From: Candidatus Altimarinota bacterium
GTDB lineage: Bacteria > Patescibacteriota > Gracilibacteria > CAIRYL01
Assembly (NCBI GenBank): GCA_965250085.1
Contig: OZ252287.1
Coordinates: 128,001-192,000, forward strand
DNA: 64,000 nucleotides
Reading direction: 5' to 3'
In this document: positions 48,961 to 59,599 of the stretch, piece after piece
Position numbering within the stretch: the stretch's first letter is position 1
Layout: each line of letters starts with the position of its first letter
The notes under the pieces: generated by a model
What the model was told of the DNA's origin: nothing
Database searches by the model: none
Seen by the model: only the letters and a program-made list of their open reading frames with translations
Position numbers and translations under genes: made by a program

Positions 48961-50976
48961 ATGGATATCACACTCGTTGTTTCTTTTGCAGTAGCGGTTG
49001 CTAGTCTTTTGTATGCCGGCTATAACACCTACCGAGTATTGCAGCACGAAGCTGGAAATGAAAAAATGCAAGACATTGCCGCCTCTATCCAGGAAGGAGC
49101 AATGGCATACATGAATCGTCAGTTCAAAACCGTAGCAGTGTTTGCACTGCTTATATTTGCCTTTATGTACTGGAGACTCGATCCCTATATTGCGTGGACA
49201 TTTCTGGTGGGAGCGGTGTTTTCGGCCATTGCCGGATATGTGGGGATGCATGTGTCAGTACGGGCCAATGTGAGGACTGCAGCTGCGGCAAAAAAAGGCT
49301 TGAAAGAGGCACTTTCTGTCGCTTTTCGAGGAGGATCGGTAACCGGTCTTGCGGTCGTGGGCCTTGCCCTTCTTGGAATATCCGGACTCTATCTCCTCTA
49401 TCTAGAACTCAATATTCCCGCAGAAGAGATTCCTCATCTGTTGATCGGATTTGGATTTGGAGCTTCTCTTATTTCACTCTTTGCTCGTCTCGGAGGAGGT
49501 ATCTTTACCAAAGCGGCCGATGTGGGAGCGGATTTGGTAGGAAAAATAGAAGCGGGAATCCCAGAAGATGACCCCAGAAATCCGGCCACTATCGCGGATA
49601 ATGTGGGAGATAACGTAGGAGATTGTGCGGGTATGGGAGCGGATCTTTTTGAAACCTATGCAGTAACTTTGATTGCTGCCATGATTTTAGCAGTGTCAGG
49701 AGGGGAGAGTATTGAATATCCACTGGCTCTGGGAGCAGTGGCCGTCGTGGCAACTATGATAAGTATCAATTTTGTAAAAACAAACAGTAAAAAGGGGATC
49801 ATGAAGGCACTGTACAAAGGAATGGGAGTGGCGCAGGTACTCTCTCTTATTGGATTTTATTTTGTGACCGATTATCTTCTCGGACATGGTGCCATGTCAC
49901 TCTTTTACACAACAGTCGTCGGAGCCGTGATCACAGTGCTTACTATTGTGATTACTGAATACTACACTTCCACGGAGTACAAACCGGTGAAAGAAGTAGC
50001 CAAGGCATCTGAAACAGGAGCGGGAACTAATCTGATCATTGGTCTTTCTGCCGGAATGGAGAGCACGATATTGATTGTTCTTCTCATTGTCGGTGGTATC
50101 ATCGCGTCTTACAGTTTTGCGGGGCTGTATGGAATAGCTATTGCCGCTGTCTCCATGCTGAGCACCACAGGAATGGTGATCGCTATGGATACGTATGGAC
50201 CTATTACTGATAATGCTGGAGGGATCGCAGAAATGGCAGAACTTCCTTCTGGAGTACGTGATGTGACCGATGCACTCGATGCAGTGGGAAATACCACAAA
50301 AGCCGTGACCAAAGGATATGCTATTGGTTCCGCAGCACTGGCGGCACTGGTGCTCTTCCAAGATTACAACCAAGCGCTCACAGATGCGACAGGAGTCCAC
50401 ACGACTTTTGATCTGACGGATTATCGAGTTATTGTTGGACTTTTCCTGGGAGGACTTGTTCCCTATGCATTCTCTTCTGTGGCAATGAAAGCCGTAGGAA
50501 AAGCAGCTCATTCAGTAGTAGAAGAAGTGCGTAGACAGTTTCGAGATATCAAAGGTATCATGGAAGGAACAGCGCGCCCAGACTACAAGCGATGTGTTGA
50601 TATTGTGACCAAAGCTGCACTCAAAGAAATGATCATTCCCGCACTTATTGCGGTACTTTCACCAATTCTTGTTGGATTTGTTCTCGGTGCAGAAGCACTT
50701 GGAGGGCTTTTGATTGGAGTGATCGTCTCCGGACTTTTGATGGCCATATCTATGGCAAATGGGGGAGCAACGTGGGATAACGCTAAGAAGTATATCGAAG
50801 ATGGTCATCATGGTGGAAAAGGATCTGAAGCACACAAAGCTGCCGTTGTGGGGGACACCGTGGGAGATCCATATAAAGACACCGCAGGACCAGCTCTCAA
50901 TGCTCTGATTAAAGTGATCAATACGATTGCGCTTCTTATTGCTGCAGGCGTTGTGAGCTTTGGAGGACTCTTGTAA
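48961..50976 (+). CDS. hppA: Membrane-bound pyrophosphatase, K+-independent H+-pumping type
   Basis: [35 protein letters not shown] (Lys variant), [11 protein letters not shown]. Confidence 0.95.
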   Translation: MDITLVVSFAVAVASLLYAGYNTYRVLQHEAGNEKMQDIAASIQEGAMAYMNRQFKTVAVFALLIFAFMYWRLDPYIAWTFLVGAVFSAIAGYVGMHVSVRANVRTAAAAKKGLKEALSVAFRGGSVTGLAVVGLALLGISGLYLLYLELNIPAEEIPHLLIGFGFGASLISLFARLGGGIFTKAADVGADLVGKIEAGIPEDDPRNPATIADNVGDNVGDCAGMGADLFETYAVTLIAAMILAVSGGESIEYPLALGAVAVVATMISINFVKTNSKKGIMKALYKGMGVAQVLSLIGFYFVTDYLLGHGAMSLFYTTVVGAVITVLTIVITEYYTSTEYKPVKEVAKASETGAGTNLIIGLSAGMESTILIVLLIVGGIIASYSFAGLYGIAIAAVSMLSTTGMVIAMDTYGPITDNAGGIAEMAELPSGVRDVTDALDAVGNTTKAVTKGYAIGSAALAALVLFQDYNQALTDATGVHTTFDLTDYRVIVGLFLGGLVPYAFSSVAMKAVGKAAHSVVEEVRRQFRDIKGIMEGTARPDYKRCVDIVTKAALKEMIIPALIAVLSPILVGFVLGAEALGGLLIGVIVSGLLMAISMANGGATWDNAKKYIEDGHHGGKGSEAHKAAVVGDTVGDPYKDTAGPALNALIKVINTIALLIAAGVVSFGGLL

Positions 50977-51023
50977 GTTTTTAAAGTTCGTAAAGTTTGT
51001 AAAGTAGAAAGATTCTTATAATT

Positions 51024-51065
51024 ACTGACAACTGACAACTGACAACTGACTACTGACTACTTACT
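51024..51065 (+). repeat. Heptamer tandem repeat
   Basis: ACTGACA x3, ACTGACT x2, ACTTACT. Confidence 0.9.
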
Positions 51066-51098
51066 CACCGACTTACTGATCCACTTATTCACTTGCCG

Positions 51099-51806
51099 AT
51101 GAACGAACTTCTTTTTCTCGGATTTACTCTATTTTTACTGGGAGTCAATCTCGCTGCATTTCGAGATGGAAAAACCTATGTATTTGTACTCATCGGACTG
51201 TATGCGGTGATAATGAATATCTTTGTCACGAAACAATTTGATCTGTTTGGATATGCTATCACTGGAGGAAATGCACTCTATGGAGCCAGTTTCCTCCTTA
51301 CAGATCTCCTTTCTGAGCATTATGGAAAAAAAGAGGCATATAAAGCCGTATGGGTCGGATTTCTCTCTATGACAGTATTTGTGATAACAACGCAGGTATT
51401 GCTTGCATTTCAGGTGAATGAAATGGATTTTGTGCAAGGATCTCTCCAGACACTCTTTAGCGTGACGCCACGCATCCTTTTTGGGTCTTTCCTCGCATAT
51501 GCCATTGCTCAAAGCTTTGACGTATGGATGTTTGCCAAAATTAAACAGTGGACAAGGGGAAAATGGCTCTTTCTGCGTAATAATGGATCTACTCTGATTT
51601 CGCAGTTTATCGATAGCGTGATCTTTACAGCCGTAGGACTTACGACTTTCGCCTTTGTCCCATGGGAGGGGATTATCAGCACGGATATCTTCTGGGAAGT
51701 CACCCTCGCTACCTATGTGATCAAGGTCATTGTAGCGCTCATTGATACGCCGTTTTTGTACTTGAGTTATAAGTTTTTACCAAAAGAAAAACTAGAAAAT
51801 AGTTAA
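51099..51806 (+). CDS. yhhQ: Queuosine precursor transporter (YhhQ/DUF165)
   Basis: TDLLSEHYG, LRNNGSTLISQFIDSVIF, DTPFLY. Confidence 0.9.
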   Translation: MNELLFLGFTLFLLGVNLAAFRDGKTYVFVLIGLYAVIMNIFVTKQFDLFGYAITGGNALYGASFLLTDLLSEHYGKKEAYKAVWVGFLSMTVFVITTQVLLAFQVNEMDFVQGSLQTLFSVTPRILFGSFLAYAIAQSFDVWMFAKIKQWTRGKWLFLRNNGSTLISQFIDSVIFTAVGLTTFAFVPWEGIISTDIFWEVTLATYVIKVIVALIDTPFLYLSYKFLPKEKLENS

Positions 51807-51838
51807 ATGAATAAATAATTTATACTTGAACAAATATT

Positions 51839-52930
51839 TTATTCATCAGTAGTTACCGCATTAAGAATTACTCGAGATGTTATATCAGGAAGTGAAATTT
51901 CAATTACTTTTTTTGGATTAATATAGTCTCCATATTCTTCTCGTTCTTCATTCCAATCCCAGTGACCGCCTAATTCATAGCGAACAATAGATGTATTTTT
52001 ATTATACTCACAATAAGAGTTGAATAATTCATCTTCACTACTTAGTTTTGTTGCAATATTAAAAATAATTTCAAAGTCCGGTACGCTATATATTAGTCCA
52101 TAGAATTCTCCAGCGAATTCATTGCTGGCGCAAGTAATGAGAAATTTTTCATCAGGAGAAAAATCCATAAGATCTGGAAAATGGTTTTGCAAAACAACAG
52201 CATTACTTTTAATATTATAAATTCTTCCCCCACTGTATTCCCACCCCCATGCTGTGTAAACCAAATAATTCCCTTTTGGTGAAAATTGAGGATCAGAAAA
52301 TCGTAATCCTCCTGTTACTATATTATCGTCCGCTTGTTCAATAATGACCTCTTGATCATTCTCCACGAGCATAACTAAGCTGAGGTCATTTTCAAGTTTT
52401 GCATATGCCTTACGATTTTCTAGATATGCAATTTCACCAAATATTCTTTCTGAAACAATAGGTTGTAAGAATTTATTATGCACAACCTCCGTAATAACTC
52501 TATAGTGAGACTCTCCTGAGTTTTCTTGTATACTGACAACAAACTCATACGTATTTAGATCCACTTGAGAAAAATTATATGGATGAGCTGCAGTAGTATC
52601 TTTATACCATTCACTGTAAACCTCAAAAGATGGGGATTTCGTCTGGTACATATCGTACGCTTCTAACAATTTTTGCTCTGAAAGGAGAGAATAATATTTT
52701 TGTATAGTGGTAATGTTTGGATCTTCTCCGGAGATTAATTCAAGTGGCTCAATTTGCTCCGATGGTAACTCAGGGGTCTCTGATTCAAATCCCTCAATTA
52801 TCTCTGGCTCTATCTCTATAATTGATTCGGATTCTGGCATAAGTGCAGACTCTATTGGGCTTTGAGTTTCCAAATGTTGGCAACCGATCAAGAAAAACAG
52901 AAAACAAAGGAAGAAAAAGAGATGTTTCAT
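51839..52930 (-). CDS. Putative lipoprotein with partial beta-propeller
   Basis: Lipobox-like LIGC; FSPKG and FSPDE repeats. Confidence 0.65.
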   Translation of the reverse strand: MKHLFFFLCFLFFLIGCQHLETQSPIESALMPESESIIEIEPEIIEGFESETPELPSEQIEPLELISGEDPNITTIQKYYSLLSEQKLLEAYDMYQTKSPSFEVYSEWYKDTTAAHPYNFSQVDLNTYEFVVSIQENSGESHYRVITEVVHNKFLQPIVSERIFGEIAYLENRKAYAKLENDLSLVMLVENDQEVIIEQADDNIVTGGLRFSDPQFSPKGNYLVYTAWGWEYSGGRIYNIKSNAVVLQNHFPDLMDFSPDEKFLITCASNEFAGEFYGLIYSVPDFEIIFNIATKLSSEDELFNSYCEYNKNTSIVRYELGGHWDWNEEREEYGDYINPKKVIEISLPDITSRVILNAVTTDE

Positions 52931-53093
52931 ATTCTTTGGATGAAATTTAGTCGTAGCAACGTAGCAGTACTACGCTATTACAGTACGGAATAATATGAAA
53001 TTATTCAAATTGAATGCCTTTTGAGCTTACCGATATTTATCCTTTGTACAATATATATGATGTAATGCTATGCCGGAAGATACCGAATAAAAA

Positions 53094-53498
53094 TTAATTG
53101 GGATAATTATGATCATGCATATTTCCAGGAAGTGTGATTAAAATTAAATCTATTAAAAAGCTTATATGTTGTATTTCAAGCCAATTAATACTTTGAGCAA
53201 ATTCTAAAATATGCTTGAGATCAGAAATGTTTTCAATTCCTTCAATAAATTTTTGCCTATAACTTAGGATTTCATCTTTAATATTTCTCATATTTTTTAC
53301 TTCTTCTACACGAGGAGGATGAGCAGAAGGATCAATTTTTAAGTAGAACTGATAAGGAGGATTTACTAAATTATTAAGCGTAACTCCTAAATCTTGAATA
53401 AGACATAAAAGAACTTCATCAGAAGACAGCCCTGATGATGTTTTTCTTTCATTCTCAGATCCAAAATCCAACGGGACTTCTAATTCATGTATTTGCAT
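53094..53498 (-). CDS. Hypothetical protein (AT-rich)
   Basis: Open ORF from ATG 53498. Confidence 0.5.
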   Translation of the reverse strand: MQIHELEVPLDFGSENERKTSSGLSSDEVLLCLIQDLGVTLNNLVNPPYQFYLKIDPSAHPPRVEEVKNMRNIKDEILSYRQKFIEGIENISDLKHILEFAQSINWLEIQHISFLIDLILITLPGNMHDHNYPN

Positions 53499-53748
53499 AA
53501 GAGTAATTATATTACAAAAATATATTAATATTTTTATAAAAAACCAATTGAAAATATTTCTCATAGATTTAGAATTCTGAGAAGGCCTTGAATCGAACGT
53601 AAATTTGCTCTGGCTGTAAAATGTCTATATGAATCATCGTATTGCTACAATTGATGAACACCTCCTAAATATTTTGCACAAGATACATTGTGCAAAGTTA
53701 TATAAATAGTGAAGTGACTCCTCCCCTCTCTAAAACCTATTGAAAATA

Positions 53749-54222
53749 TTATTTTTCTCCCACGGCAACTTTTGCAGGTCTCAAAATTTTTCCATGTAAG
53801 AGATATCCTTTTTGTAAAATTTTGGTCACAGTCCCCTTTTTCCCTTCTGCATCCATCACAACCGCCTCATGGCGCGCAGGGTCGAGTTCTCCGCCGGTTT
53901 CATTGATTTCCTGCAATCCTTCTTTTTTGAGCTCGGTAAAAAGCTGTTTTTCAAGAACAAGGACACCTTGCACCCATTCATTACTTTCCAGTTCTTCCGG
54001 GAGATTCTGAAGAGCCAGATCAAAATTATCAAATGTGGGAAGGAGAGGCTTCAGAATTGATCTTCCTGCCTCAAAAACAAGTCGAGAGCGATCTTCATCA
54101 CCCCTACGGCGCATATTTTGCAAATCAGCATTGAGACGCAATATATTTGCTTTCGCTTCACTGAGTTTTTGTTCCAGCTCTTTTGTTTTTTGAGAAGTAT
54201 CTTTATTGGCTTTCTTGGGCAT
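53749..54222 (-). CDS. grpE: Nucleotide exchange factor GrpE
   Basis: ADLQNMRRR, DPARHEAV, QKGYLLHGKILRPAKVAV. Confidence 0.95.
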   Translation of the reverse strand: MPKKANKDTSQKTKELEQKLSEAKANILRLNADLQNMRRRGDEDRSRLVFEAGRSILKPLLPTFDNFDLALQNLPEELESNEWVQGVLVLEKQLFTELKKEGLQEINETGGELDPARHEAVVMDAEGKKGTVTKILQKGYLLHGKILRPAKVAVGEK

Positions 54223-55717
54223 TATTTTGGGAAAAAAAGTCAGCAAAATTATTGAGGATATCCTCGAGAGGTCGAGGTTCTTCTTTTTTTGGTGGTTCTA
54301 AATGAGCGAGTATATTTTGCGTAAAAAGGTCCTTAAAATCAATATTTTGCCATTCTTCACCAGAGATAGCAGTAAGGGCACTTTGAGAAAAAATTCCATT
54401 TTCAACTCCTAGCAAAAGTGGTGTCTCTCCAGTTCTGAGAAGGTGTTCTTTGGATTTTTGAGGAGAAAACGTCAGTATCTCTACGAGAGACCATGCAAAT
54501 TCTGGGTGCTGTGTATCTTCAGATATTCCTAATCCCCAGATGGTTCCGTATGTTTGGGCGTTTTGTGTATTAAATTGTGGCAGAAGGTGCAGCTCAAAAT
54601 CTCTTTCTTTGAGATCATTTGTTTTAGGATTTGTGTTATTTCTGAGTTTTTCTTTTACACGAGCAGCAGTGCGTTCATTCCCAAAGAGAACTCCTATCTT
54701 CCCCTCTAAAAAAGCAGTTTCCTCCCCTCTTTTTTGAATACTGGAGGGAATATCTTTTGCAAAACTCAAAAGAAATGAAAGTGCATCAAGCGCTGATTTT
54801 TGATGAAAATTCTGAGTACGTGATTGATGGAGAAGAGATAAAAAAACCTCAAATGTAAATGAAGAAAATTCTGCATCCCCCAAACTAATAGGCAAAATCT
54901 TTTTTGGATCTGAGAACTGTTTATATTTTTGAAAGTTTTGAAACAGTTCTGCCCATGTGTTTCCTGGCTTGTTGGCGACAAATATACGATCATCAGTGAG
55001 AAGTGCCGAATTAGACAGCATAACAACAAAATTTCCAAATAATGGAGCGGCAAAAACACTCTCCTCTTCAGTAAATCTGAGAGATACAGGATAAAAATCT
55101 TTTTTGATTTTTTTTACGGAAAAAATGTGATTTGGTGCAGGGAGTAAGTTTTTATTCTTCTTGAATTTTAGAAAATATTCTTCATTTACCAAAAAAATAT
55201 CAGGCGAGGAGTTTCTCTGAAATGCCTTTTGAAGTTCATCAAAATAGACATCTTCAGATGCAAAAGTGGTCAAATGTAATGAAAGTTGAGGATATTTACC
55301 CTCAAGTCGCTGAAAATATTGCGTATATATTTCTGCAGTTTCTCCTAAAATCCAGATGCTAAGCTCCGTTTCCGTTTCAGGAAGGAGAAGCTCTATTTTT
55401 CTTTCTGAAACCCGGCCAAGCTCATATAATAGACGCTTGTACATATTGTCTGATGTTTTTATGAATGTAGTAAGATGGAAAAAATAAGAAGCAGGAAATG
55501 GAGCATGCGAAAAAATAAAACTCTGTAATGTGCTTTTGTACACAGCAGAGGGAAGTGAAGATTGAGGTGCTTGAGCGCTTATAGAAGATGTCCCCAGAAA
55601 GCAGAACGCAAAAAAAAGAAAGATACCTCTCTGGAAGACTGAAAAAGAATTTTTTATGATACAAGGCATTTCTGCTACAAAATAAGAAAAAAGATTAATT
55701 TTCCAGAAATTTCTCAT
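54203..55717 (-). CDS. Extracellular solute-binding-protein-like (divergent)
   Basis: Hydrophobic N-terminal segment; SPDIFLV, AFLEGKIG, WGLGIS..HPEFAWSLV; start uncertain. Confidence 0.65.
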   Translation of the reverse strand: MRNFWKINLFSYFVAEMPCIIKNSFSVFQRGIFLFFAFCFLGTSSISAQAPQSSLPSAVYKSTLQSFIFSHAPFPASYFFHLTTFIKTSDNMYKRLLYELGRVSERKIELLLPETETELSIWILGETAEIYTQYFQRLEGKYPQLSLHLTTFASEDVYFDELQKAFQRNSSPDIFLVNEEYFLKFKKNKNLLPAPNHIFSVKKIKKDFYPVSLRFTEEESVFAAPLFGNFVVMLSNSALLTDDRIFVANKPGNTWAELFQNFQKYKQFSDPKKILPISLGDAEFSSFTFEVFLSLLHQSRTQNFHQKSALDALSFLLSFAKDIPSSIQKRGEETAFLEGKIGVLFGNERTAARVKEKLRNNTNPKTNDLKERDFELHLLPQFNTQNAQTYGTIWGLGISEDTQHPEFAWSLVEILTFSPQKSKEHLLRTGETPLLLGVENGIFSQSALTAISGEEWQNIDFKDLFTQNILAHLEPPKKEEPRPLEDILNNFADFFSQNNAQESQ

Positions 55718-56423
55718 TCAAAAATGTTCGAGTTGCTTCGAGTGCAATGATATTTCTTTTATAGGGCATTCTCATTGGTCCTAAAATCCCGATACTCCCC
55801 TTCTTTCCTAAAATATCAAACTCCGAAACCAGGAGAGAGCACGTTTCAAAGTCTTCCAAAAAATTCTCTGACCCGATAAATAAATTAATTTCTTCCCCTA
55901 CTTCCATTTTCTCCAGAGCATCTGCAAAATCTTCTTCGAGTACTTTTACTATCTGGCTCGCCAAATCTGTATTTTTTTGAAACTCTGGCTCTCTCAAAAT
56001 GTTAGAGATTCCCAAAAAAAATGTTTGATGCGCACTGGGAACAGTAGCAAAAGCAATATTGGGGGTAATTTTTGTCAAAATAGAAATCGCATCAAACACT
56101 CTTTGATCCGCAAGCTTTTCATTATAGTGTTCATCTCGTGCCAAAGAAAACTCTGTTTGCACCTTTTTTTTCTCAGCAGCACTTATTCCCAATTCATCTA
56201 CATAAAATCGATATCCTCGAGCTGTAGGGACTCTTCCAGCAGAAGTATGAGGGTGTTCCAAAAATCCTTCTTTTTCCAGGAGTGCCATCTCATTACGAAT
56301 CGTTGCTGGTGAAATATGAAAATGTTCTTTTTCCTGAATCACCTTACTTCCCACAGGACTGGCTGTAGTAATAAAGTTGCGAATAATCGCCTTTAAGATG
56401 CTTTGTCTCCTCTGTTTCATCAT
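55695..56423 (-). CDS. hrcA: Heat-inducible transcription repressor HrcA (short form)
   Basis: PVGSK, SPATIRNEM, HTSAGRVPT..GYRFYVD, GILGPMRM.Y. Confidence 0.95.
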   Translation of the reverse strand: MMKQRRQSILKAIIRNFITTASPVGSKVIQEKEHFHISPATIRNEMALLEKEGFLEHPHTSAGRVPTARGYRFYVDELGISAAEKKKVQTEFSLARDEHYNEKLADQRVFDAISILTKITPNIAFATVPSAHQTFFLGISNILREPEFQKNTDLASQIVKVLEEDFADALEKMEVGEEINLFIGSENFLEDFETCSLLVSEFDILGKKGSIGILGPMRMPYKRNIIALEATRTFLNEKFLEN

Positions 56424-56430
56424 CTTTATT

Positions 56431-56457
56431 TTAGCAGAAACAAGGCAAGACTGCCAG
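56431..56457. promoter_or_regulatory. Degenerate CIRCE upstream of hrcA
   Basis: TTAGCAGAA-N9-GACTGCCAG, 7 bp from the hrcA start. Confidence 0.55.
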
Positions 56458-56679
56458 TATAGTCATGTACCAAATGCGGCAAGTAGGAAGCAGTAAGGAA
56501 TAAGAATTAAGGAGCAGGTAGCAAAGGTTTAAAATGAATTTTTGCTGATTCATGTTTCAAAGGAACTCTTTCAGGGTTCTATAATTCATGTTCCATGATT
56601 CTTCATTCGTAATTGATTACATTTGTATATGGAGTTTAATTTTAATAATTGTTAAAATAATATTAGTTTATAACTATTT

Positions 56680-57165
56680 ATGACCTCAAATCTATCTGCC
56701 GTCTATCAAAAACGTATTCTTCTGGTAGAGGATGAAGCTCCTTTGAGAAGAATATTTTCCCAAAGGCTCCAAAAAAGAGGCTTTCAAGTATTGGAAGCTT
56801 CGGGTGGACTGGAAGGACTCGAGATAGCTCTTAAAAAGATTCCGGACCTTATTTTGCTGGATATCATCATGCCAGGTATGAACGGTTTAACGATGCTGAG
56901 GAAATTAAGAAAAGTCCATCAGGGAAAAAATATCCCCGTTATTATTCTCTCCAATGTTGAAAATCTAGAAATGGCTATCAGTCTTTTTGATCATGGATAT
57001 TCTTATGCACAAAACATTTCTCCTGCAGAGAGTACGTCTGAACATATCAAAAAGTATTTAGACATTCATCTTGATGGTGGTATTGTGGACTACTTCGTCA
57101 AAATAGATACTGATTTTCAAAAACTCACTTCACGCATACGGGAAGTTTTATTTACTCCTTCCTAA
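56680..57165 (+). CDS. Single-domain response regulator
   Basis: ILLVEDE, PDLILLDIIMPGMNG, YFVK. Confidence 0.9.
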   Translation: MTSNLSAVYQKRILLVEDEAPLRRIFSQRLQKRGFQVLEASGGLEGLEIALKKIPDLILLDIIMPGMNGLTMLRKLRKVHQGKNIPVIILSNVENLEMAISLFDHGYSYAQNISPAESTSEHIKKYLDIHLDGGIVDYFVKIDTDFQKLTSRIREVLFTPS

Positions 57166-57410
57166 AGTACTTAGAAGTGAAAAATGCAAAGAAAACCGAA
57201 AAACAATTTTAAATTTAAAAGGTAAAAAGAATTTTCAATTTCTAATCTTTAAACAATTCTCAATATTTTCAATTTTTTAAAGATTAGGACTTAGAATTTA
57301 TTTTTACACTTGCTCGTTATCGTCCAGTGTTGTGGGACGGAGGTTGATTTAAAATTTTATATTTTGCACTATAAATCCAAGTTCTCTTTTGTTAGAAAAC
57401 ATTCTCATAT

Positions 57411-58115
57411 TTAAGATGCTTCAGCACCTTTCTCTTTCTCAAAATCTTTATCTACTTCCCCTGCAAGGGCTCCTTGTTCGTGTACTTGAGACTCAAGATT
57501 CTGGAGAATTTTTTCAAAAAATCCATTTGTGAATCCACGGAGATTATCAATTGGGGGGACATCCATTTTTTTGAATACAAAAAATTGCTGAAGCACAGCG
57601 GCTGCAAGCTCTGGCAAATGAGTATCCATTTCCCAACTCTGATGATTTACCAATGTTTCTAGGGCTTTATGTGGCTCTGCAGTCATTACTGCGGCAATAT
57701 TTTGTGTCCACCGAGATATATGAGCTTTGATTTCAGGAGGAAATGAAGATGTTTGCCCCTTGGTAAAGTCTTCCTTGGGAAGAGTTAGTTTTTTTTCTTC
57801 AATAGCCTTGGCAGACTCTTGATGAATTAAAGAGAGAACTGCCAAAATAATATCTGAGGGTACATTTTTTGCGACTATTCGTGAGATCAGAAGAAAAAAT
57901 TGAGTAAATCGCTCATCGCTTAAAAACTGAACGATAATATGAGCCAGAGCGTTGTCTTGCTTCTTCTTTTTTCCCTCTTCTTTTTTTATTTTTTTAATGG
58001 CAGCTTGCGTTTTTTTGTACTGATCACGAAACCGCTCATATGCTTCCTGCGTCACTTCTTGCCCACTAGGAGCAGAGGCGTCACCACTTTCAAAAAGATC
58101 AAAATCTTCTGCCAT
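57411..58115 (-). CDS. Hypothetical protein
   Basis: 234-aa ORF, typical composition. Confidence 0.75.
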   Translation of the reverse strand: MAEDFDLFESGDASAPSGQEVTQEAYERFRDQYKKTQAAIKKIKKEEGKKKKQDNALAHIIVQFLSDERFTQFFLLISRIVAKNVPSDIILAVLSLIHQESAKAIEEKKLTLPKEDFTKGQTSSFPPEIKAHISRWTQNIAAVMTAEPHKALETLVNHQSWEMDTHLPELAAAVLQQFFVFKKMDVPPIDNLRGFTNGFFEKILQNLESQVHEQGALAGEVDKDFEKEKGAEAS

Positions 58116-58238
58116 AGTTTTTCTTATTCAAAAAAATCAATGCCATTGTATCGAAAATAAAAATCAATGCCACTGATAAATTTTGCTTTTCTTCCTCTTT
58201 TTTTGTTTTAATACGTCCATACACTCTCTCTCGTTTGC

Positions 58239-58982
58239 ATGATCGATATTGGTACAAAGGCAGATGCTCTAATACAAGGACTGAAGAAGTACTTTGAAAA
58301 GCATAATTTCCAAAAGGGAGTTGTGGGTATTTCTGGCGGTGTGGATTCGGCAGTTACTGCAGCAATTGCTTCAAAAGCTTTGGGGAATGAAAATGTGCAA
58401 GGACTTATCCTTCCTCACTCCAAGTTTTCAAGTGTAAAAAATATGCGCGATGCCCATGAAGTGGCTGATTTTTTGAGTATTGAAAAAAAAGAAATTCAGA
58501 TAGATGATTTCGCAAAAAACTTTCTCAATCTTCCCTGGACAGAGGAGGCTCTTACCAAAGCTAATATTTATGCACGTGTGCGTATGGTGATATTGTACTC
58601 ATGGGCCAATGAGCACAATGCGTTGGTTTTTGGGACATGTAATAAAAGTGAGACACTGCTCGGATATGAAACCAAATTTGGAGACGGTGCATGCGATGTT
58701 TCGATCCTCGGAAGCCTTTGGAAAACAGAAGTATGGGAAATGGCTAACTATTTTGGATTTCCCGAAAAATTTATTACCAAGGCTCCTTCCGCAGAGCTCA
58801 TGAAAGACCATAGTGACGAAGACGAACTCGGGTATACCTATGAGTACGCTGATACAATTTTACAAAAATGGGAAAAAGATGAGAGGCTTGATGAAAATGA
58901 TCCCAAAGTTCGAGATATTCTCCATCGTATCAAAGTCAATGAGCATAAGAGGATGCATCCTCCTATACTATCTACTGATTAG
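58239..58982 (+). CDS. nadE: NH3-dependent NAD+ synthetase
   Basis: GISGGVDS, NIYARVRM, GYETKFGDG, APSAEL. Confidence 0.95.
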   Translation: MIDIGTKADALIQGLKKYFEKHNFQKGVVGISGGVDSAVTAAIASKALGNENVQGLILPHSKFSSVKNMRDAHEVADFLSIEKKEIQIDDFAKNFLNLPWTEEALTKANIYARVRMVILYSWANEHNALVFGTCNKSETLLGYETKFGDGACDVSILGSLWKTEVWEMANYFGFPEKFITKAPSAELMKDHSDEDELGYTYEYADTILQKWEKDERLDENDPKVRDILHRIKVNEHKRMHPPILSTD

Positions 58983-59063
58983 ACAGTATTAAATCTTACT
59001 CGAACTGTACAATTCTTACGGTCATTTTTGAGGACGAAGAAGGACTCTTTCCTATGGAAAATT

Positions 59064-59582
59064 TTATGCTGCGAGGGATGTCTGCCGTATTTTATTAATC
59101 TCTTTATTGTCCCCTCTTTGAAAAAGTCGAACGAGATTGTTTCTCGTAGTTCCTGCACGAGAGGCTATGGTGGATACCTTTGAAACTTCTGCAGCATAGG
59201 CACGGGTATTGCCCGTGGTTTCCGCAGTGGCAAGTTCGGTAAGTCCTTCATTAAATCCATTATCAGCAACAGCTACTCCATCTGAACGCTGCTGATTCGC
59301 CTTGTGCCATGCTTCGTGCACAGCCACATGAGCAAAAACATTTGGATCTCTATCGAGCAAAAGATCTTCTTCAAGCTCTATTTGTGTACTTCCCCTGTGA
59401 AAAAGCCCAGCAGTATAACCTGGCAATGCTTTGAGTGTAGCATTTCCCACATCAATACTGGTTGCTCTGCGGGCAGTGGTAATAGCTTCATGTATACGGT
59501 CAGATGCTTCCGGCGCATTTGGAACTTCAAGAGACTGATCCTGATCTTCAAGCCGCCGTGCTGCTTCCAAAAGTGTTGTCAT
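59064..59582 (-). CDS. Small zincin-like metallopeptidase
   Basis: VHEAWH plus downstream FNEGLTE. Confidence 0.7.
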   Translation of the reverse strand: MTTLLEAARRLEDQDQSLEVPNAPEASDRIHEAITTARRATSIDVGNATLKALPGYTAGLFHRGSTQIELEEDLLLDRDPNVFAHVAVHEAWHKANQQRSDGVAVADNGFNEGLTELATAETTGNTRAYAAEVSKVSTIASRAGTTRNNLVRLFQRGDNKEINKIRQTSLAA

Positions 59583-59599
59583 ACCTGAGGGATTATACA

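Noticed and set aside
48961-50976. Na+-translocating PPase call
   Set aside because: GNTTKA has the Lys diagnostic of K+-independent enzymes, which are H+ pumps
50977-51098. preQ1 riboswitch upstream of yhhQ
   Set aside because: No recognisable preQ1 stem or A-rich tail; the interval is tandem repeats
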